Assembly: GCF_004010195.1 (NCBI RefSeq)
Contig: NC_057719.1
Coordinates: forward strand, 27,295,380-27,352,015
Reading direction: 5' to 3'
Source of the DNA: Chiloscyllium plagiosum
Lineage: Eukaryota
Length of the DNA: 56,636 nucleotides
The notes under the pieces are model-generated. The model did not search any database and was not told the DNA's origin. It saw only the letters and a list, made by a program, of their open reading frames with translations. The translations under genes were made by a program, and so were the position numbers. Below are positions 50,637 through 56,636 of the stretch, piece by piece. The first letter of the stretch is position 1. The number at the start of each line of letters is the position of its first letter.

Positions 50637-52700
50637 ATGGCAGAGAAGAGCTCGGTGGCACTGTGGTGTTTCCATGGAGATTTGGAGGTTCTAGTGCACA
50701 AAGGAATACAGAGGAGAGGTGGACTCTTCTCTAAGGGCTGGCAGAAGAAACCTTGCCACCAGACACTGTCAGCCTGGTCTGAGGTTGCTATCCAGGTCAG
50801 CGCCATGTCCAGGGTGCAGAGGGACAGACAGCATTGTACTAGCCATTGGTCCTCAGGATGGAAGGCATGTCAAAAGTGGGGTGGGGAAGCGTGACCTCAT
50901 CCCAGGCACCCCCTCCTCATAAGGAGACAGAGGGACATCACTTCACATTCAGGGTACTGCAGGGGTGACCAGACATTCCACCTCAATCCTGCCTGACCCT
51001 TTCCAAACCTTGGGCGTTTGAAACTGAGGAGAGTGGGCTTTTCTCTTGCAAGGATATCCTCATCATCTCTGGTCCAACTAGACATGAGCATTTCTGAGGT
51101 CACCTGAACAAATCTCCAGGGTCAACAAACTCAACAGAGAGTAGAGCCTCTTGTCCACAGCTGCAGAACCAGGGGGTACATAATTCATAGTGGGAGGAGA
51201 GAAAGATAATGTATTGAGGGCATGAGTGAAAATGGCTTATACGTGACACTCATATTTCTGATTTTAACTTACATGTGATTCTGAATCTTTGGGGGAGGCA
51301 CAAATTCCATTTTCACATCATCTGACAGCACTTCGTGGTCACATACCAGTCTCAATGGATGCTGCACCACCTGTAAACAGAGGGCAATGTGCACACATGG
51401 CCTTCCTCCTTCATTAACTCAAATGTTTAGCTGTTTCAGCACGCAAAGAAGGAGATGTCAATGTGCTGACCACTGGTGGCTGTGCCAGGAGGGTGCAATA
51501 CCCAGAGCAGGTCAATGCTGCAGAGTGACCAGTGAGCAGGGTAACTCTGTTCTAAACACTACATGGGCCTGTGGCCAATGTTGTTCCCCTCTAAAAACCA
51601 TTTGATCAGTGGTTACTACAGCCCCTAACTCACAGATTGAGTCACTAATCCCACCCACTCAGAGTGCGGGTCATAGTCATTTTCATTACCAATGCCTACT
51701 TTTGATTTGCATTATGATGGAAGGGTGGCAGTGAATGTTCCTCTTTCACTGGCTTCCAGCCTCAGCCTGATTGTGCACCCAAATCCCCACATCCCCTTCA
51801 TCGTGGCCTAACCCATAAAGCACACAGGCTTCAGACTTTTCAAGTCACCACCCAAACTCTCAACATGTGCCTACATGTGCCCACCATTCTCAGCTATCCC
51901 CTGGTATATAAGGTGAGCATGCCCAGTGTGTCATGCATTGATTCCCACCCCACCTCCGAGTCCTGACCATGGACATTCCCTTGATGTTCCCAGCCATGCC
52001 TTTCCCACCCCCTCCCTCATCACAGTTGTACTCTGCCTTTCCCCAGAGTCTAAAGGCCCCAGTGCCAGAGAATAACCTGCTGAGGCTCGGTCCCAGGGTA
52101 ACAGCAACACTTACCCCCACCCTCCCTACTCCTCCCCTTCCCCATTACATTCTGAGGATGGACCCATCAGACCACCCACTCAATTGAAATGACTGGACAG
52201 CCCTAACTGATGCTAAACATCTCCCTGACTATATTATCTGTACACCTTGAAGAGGCTATTATGGACCCAGCAGCCTCACCATGACCCTGGACAGCAGAGG
52301 CAAGGACACCCTGACTGGCACAACCCCAAGTGGATGCTTGACCACAACCATTGCCTTTGACTGGTATGGGAGGCTGCCTTTGACATGCAGTGCCAGGATC
52401 CACTGACCAACTGGTGCCTTCATGAATTTTGGTGCGGACTAGTCTCTCAGGACTTTGAGGCATGATTGCTTGCTTGCTGCACATTCAGTGTGTTTGCTGT
52501 TGGCACATGAAGCAGGTGAGAGATTGATATAACAGACTGCCATCCTACAAGATGTGTGCTCCCTAGATTTAGGACAGCTGGTCCATAATGCAAGCCGAAT
52601 ATTGTTGTGACTGACAGGATATGGATACAGCGAGGATGCAGGTACTATAGGCACCAAGTGCGTGAGATTAGAGTAAGCAGCCCCGAGGTGCAGCCTGCTC
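50637..52700 (+). mobile_element. Decayed PIF/Harbinger-like DNA transposon (Myb/SANT-like ORF; possible transposase traces)
   Basis: DLEVLV...RRGGLF...AWSEVAIQVSAMSRVQRDRQHC fits the Myb/SANT-like partner protein pattern; frameshifted CTH...FIN...LNV.L at ~51385-51435 recalls the Harbinger DDE core. Confidence 0.5.
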
Positions 52701-52851
52701 CAGTCTGCGAACTTGGCACCTGTACCTGTGTACAAAGTGTTCCTGCTATTCACTGCTAGTTGCCAGTGCATTCTACAATGCAAGTGTGTGCTTCCAATGT
52801 ACACTGTCAGAAAAGTGACAGGATGGTCATGAGAAGTTGGCAGATACTTTT

Positions 52852-53092
52852 TATAGATTACATTAGATTACTTACAGTGTGGAAACAGGCCCTTCGGCCC
52901 AACAAGTCCACACCGACCCTCCGAAGAGCAATCCACTCAGACTCTAACACTACGGGCAATTTTTTAGCATGGCCAATTCACCTAACCTGCACATCTTTGG
53001 ACTGTGGGAGGAAACCGGAGCACCCGGAGGAAACCCACGCAGACACAGGGAGAATGTGCAAACTCCACACAGACAGTTGCCCGAGGTGGGAA
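52852..53092 (-). mobile_element. HE1/V-SINE, 5'-truncated
   Basis: Highly similar to 417-716. Confidence 0.9.
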
Positions 53093-53954
53093 TATCCAGG
53101 GGATGCCAATATCCCTGGACATGGAGTCCATGCCCTGACCTATGGTTTGGTTATAGGCAGCATCGAAGCAAATAGAGAGCTGAAACTGCCAGGTACACAG
53201 TCTGGATTCTTTGTTGAATTTTCCCAATACAAGTTTGTTTGGAGAATGCATAAGATGTGATGCTGCTGAGTGGAGTTGTGTTATTAACAAGGCATTTAGC
53301 AATTAACAATGAGCGTCAATTGGCAACTTGGCATGCTGCTTGTGAAAAGCATAATAGACGGAGTGAGTTGCTTTCGACACTGATGTGGACTTCACTGCAT
53401 TTGCTGTCCAATTCTGCCACACGTCTTGCCATAGTCTACATCACAACCCTGTACGATTCTGCTCATCAGGTCTGGCAACATATGTGGAGAGTGAAAGCAA
53501 GTTAATTTTTCAAGTGAAATTTGATTTTTTTGGAAGAGGAGTCTTATTTAACTCAAATTGTTAACTCAGTTTCTTTCTCCCCATGCTACCAGATCAGCTG
53601 AGATTTTCCAGCTTTTTTTAATATCCTATTACAAATTATCAAGGTAACTTGGATGGTGACTACGAATATCTCCCATCACATCTCCCATTCCTGATACTAT
53701 TCAATAGTGCAAAATGGGTGATAGCAAGGCAAGAACCCATTTTCCATCTCTGCAATCTCACTGATGTATTGGATATCAGAAGCAGTATGCTCTTTACCGA
53801 TACAATGCTAAAGCAAAATCCAACCTGACTGCTTGGGTGAATGAAAGAAAGTCATGCTACTTTTTCAGAGCATTGTCCTTATGTCCTCAGCATTGTTCCT
53901 CCCTTATCTAACCTCTTGGATTCTGCCTCCTGTGACCTATAGCTAGTATCGATT

Positions 53955-54140
53955 TACTTGTGATAAGTCGTAATTGTTAAGTACAGAAACCTGGTCCATG
54001 CTCTCTGTCAACCTGGGTTTGAAAATGAGACAAATTGGGAATTTATTACATGTTTCTGTAATATCTTTCACTTTTATGATGACTTAGAAAATAATTAGGC
54101 AGCACTTGATTTCGAGTGAGCTACCCAGTGAGGTGTCACA
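53955..54140 (+). mobile_element. LTR 3' fragment (family of 34770)
   Basis: ttgttaagtacagaaacctggtccatgctctctgtcaacctgggtttgaaa...cccagtgaggtgtcaca. Confidence 0.55.
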
Positions 54141-54478
54141 ATACTCAAAAGTAACTCTTGCTGTGAAGCACTGTTCACCCTGAGAGTTAGAAAGGCCTCA
54201 GCTAAAAGCCAGTTCTTTCAGAACATTATTAAAAATTGAGTATTTGTTCAAAATCTCTATTTCAAAAGGAGATTGATCAATAGAAAGTAATTAGTCACTT
54301 CCATTAAACTCTACATCTCCCTTGCTGGGCTAATTTACTCAAGCAGCTAAAAATAGATCTCTTTTCGACATTGATCCAGTGGCTTTTTACTGCGGTTTAT
54401 ATTTGAACAGTTCAGAATTTCTTCTGCAGGTTGCAACAGAAAACTATACCTGAACAGTAGGCTGTCTTTAAAGGGATC

Positions 54479-54569
54479 AAAGTTAAAAATCACACAACAC
54501 CAGGTCAAAGTCCAACAGGTTTAATTGGAAGCACACTAGCTTTCTGAGCGCCGCTCCTTCATCAGGTGG
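54479..54569 (-). mobile_element. 91-bp hammerhead-bearing Penelope-related insertion, 12-bp TSD
   Basis: Minus strand CAC-CTGATGA-A-GGAGC-GGC-GCTCA-GAAA-GC-TA-GTG; TSD tttaaagggatc at 54467-54478 and 54570-54581; a related 3' piece lies at ~48948-48980. Confidence 0.85.
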
Positions 54570-54880
54570 TTTAAAGGGATCGTTCAGTTGCAATTGAGGT
54601 ACATTTGCCTTAAGGAGGAAAGGTAGGGCAATGAAAGCCGAGCTTCTGAATAATGAGAGTGATTTAGACTAAGATGAATCAGAAAGTGTGTAAGACAAAG
54701 GTAGATAATGCAAGTGGGAACCAGGCTGACGAGGGAAAGCTCAGCTCGGAAATGTGAAAAGAGATGCAGAGAGAGTGTGTGAAAAGAGGGTGGCACCTAG
54801 CATGTCTTTTACATATCTATAAATAGTAAAAAGATAATAACAGGAGGGGTGGGGACATTTAGAGATATAACAAACAGTTC

Positions 54881-55030
54881 TAGATGTAGGTTTGCTTGCT
54901 GAGCTGGAAGGATTGTTTTCAGACTTTTCCTCACCATACTAGGTAACATCTTCAGTGAGCCTCCGGATGAAGCACTGGTGGTATATCCCGCTTTCTATTT
55001 ATGTATTTGAGTTTCCTTGGGTTGGTGATA
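54881..55030 (-). mobile_element. Penelope 3'-end fragment with hammerhead motif (family of 9354)
   Basis: Minus strand CA-CTGAAGA-T-GTTACC-TAGTAT-GGTGAG-GAAA-A-GTC-TG at 54920-54957. Confidence 0.8.
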
Positions 55031-55383
55031 AAAACCAGTTTTAAACATAGGTGTAAACTTTAGCTCGGGGCAGATTCATCATCTGTACCCGCCCAACGTT
55101 AAATCGAGCTGCCTTGTCGTAATAATAGGCTGGTCAAGCCCTAATGAGATTTGAATGGGACTTCCCTCTGTCAGAGACAGGGAGTACGAGTTGTCTACCA
55201 ATCTCACTGCCTGACACCTCTGTGGTCTCGGCAGCACCAGAAGTAACTAGTGGCCAGTGCTGGGACTATAAGCAGTCCCAAGAAGGAAGAATTCAGATGC
55301 CAAACTTAAAGATGAGTCTAGAGAGTTTTGTCAGAGAAAGCAGTGAGGCAAGAGGGAGAGTCAGAGACAATTAGGGAGCGGGG

Positions 55384-55572
55384 AAAAAACAGAAGTTGCT
55401 GAAAAAGCTCAGAAGGTTTGGCAACATTGGCAGCAGTTCTGAAGAAGGGTCACTGGACCCAAAACATTAACTCTGATTTCTCTTCACAGATGCTGCCAGA
55501 CCTGCTCAGCTTTTCCAGCAACTTCTGCTTTTGTTTCTGATTTACAGCATCCGCAGTTCTTTCGGTTTTTAT
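55384..55572 (+). mobile_element. Penelope-derived fold-back mini-insertion with hammerhead in the loop
   Basis: Imperfect inverted arms ~55388-55427 and ~55490-55529; CTGAAGA-A-GGGTC-ACTG-GACCC-AAAAC at 55439-55465; TSD ttagggagc(g/t)ggg at 55371 and 55573. Confidence 0.8.
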
Positions 55573-55949
55573 TTAGGGAGCTGGGGTATTCCCCTCACTG
55601 AGCATGATGAACCTTCCCAAAAAGAGGCAATCCTCTTCCTTCCCTGCTTTGTCCATGCAATGAACTTTCTTTCGGTCTTGCCCAGCTGAGAGATTGGATG
55701 GCAGAAGCTAAATAAGGTCCTTAAGTGGCCACATTCAGGTCTCAAGAGACCACACCCATTTCCCCCATAATATAAGCACGGATCAGAATTGGTAGGAGGG
55801 CAGTCGACCTGTCACCCACATTCTATGCTACCCACCACCCCCCTCCCCCCTCACCTCACAATAAGGAGGAGTGGGAAAACTCACCCCCATGGACATGGAG
55901 AGCATGACATGACTGAACTACTAATACAGTGGTTTGTATTTATCTTCAG

Positions 55950-56290
55950 CAAGATTGATTAAAGAAGGGGTTGTTGAGACCCTGGTTTGGACAAATGTTG
56001 ATAAAGAGGAGGCATTAGAAAGACTGACTGCACTGTTAAATTGTCAGCACCTGATGAGATACAGCTTAGGATACAAATAAACAGAAATTAGGAAGCATTC
56101 ATCATAATCTTCATAATCTTTCAATCCTCCTTGGACACAGGAATGATACCAGAGCACTAGAAAATAGTTACCCTGGTTCACAAAAGAATGCAAGAACATG
56201 CTCTGCAACGACAGGCAGGTCAGTTTTGCTGAGGTGATGGAAAAGATTTAAGAACTTGTCAAAAATGGATGAATTAAGGGAAGCCTGTAT
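55950..56290 (+). mobile_element. Old CR1 ORF2 fragment
   Basis: cacctgatgagatacagcttaggatac (PDEI.PR), caatcctccttggacacaggaatgataccaga (QSSLDTGMIP). Confidence 0.6.
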
Positions 56291-56332
56291 GCATTTGGGA
56301 TGGAACCAACATGGACATAGATGATGAATAAT

Positions 56333-56636
56333 CATAAAGTCATAGAGATGTACAGCATGGAAACAGACCCTTCAGTCCAACCTGTCCATGCTGACCAGAT
56401 ATCCCAACCCAATCTAGTCCCACCTGCCAGCACCTGGCCCATATCCCTCCAAACGCTTCAATTCATATATCCATCCAAATGCCTCTTAAATGTTGCAATT
56501 GTACCAGCCTCCACCACATCCTCTGGCAGCTCATTCCATACACATACCACCCTCTGCGTGAAAAAGTTGCCCCTTAGGTCTCTTTTATATCTTTCCCCTT
56601 TCACCCTAAACCTATGCCCTCTAGTTCTGGACTTCC
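56333..56636 (-). mobile_element. CR1 3' end (young subfamily), runs off the window
   Basis: Reverse complement of 47636-47807; near-identical to 20563-20840. Confidence 0.9.

Overview
Vertebrate (cartilaginous fish, inferred from HE1/V-SINE-type SINEs and shark-type CR1 and Penelope repeats) AT-rich genomic DNA dominated by transposable-element debris. It contains nested CR1 LINEs (19.2-30.3 kb, including a 586-N assembly gap), L2 and RTE fragments, tRNA-derived SINEs, a gypsy RT/RNase H remnant with PPT and LTR, solo LTRs, Penelope-like (GIY-YIG) elements and a decayed Harbinger-like region. Nearly all ORFs in the supplied track are TE fragments or artefacts. Two things stand out. (1) Six small candidate coding exons on the minus strand (48802-48616, 42168-42137, 35423-35299, 18281-18191, 15121/15096-14999, 4118-3987) have canonical splice sites and, with one alternative acceptor, compatible phases; they suggest the window is mostly introns of one large unidentified gene, with a weak resemblance to a CHAT (TTC28-like) domain. 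(2) At least eight minimal hammerhead-ribozyme motifs from about four Penelope-related families, with different stem II sequences, several in 90-190 bp TSD-flanked insertions. Two minisatellites arose inside retroelements (31 bp in the CR1 inter-ORF region; 30 bp in an RTE zinc-finger tail). No prokaryotic features, CRISPR, rRNA or bona fide tRNA genes were found.
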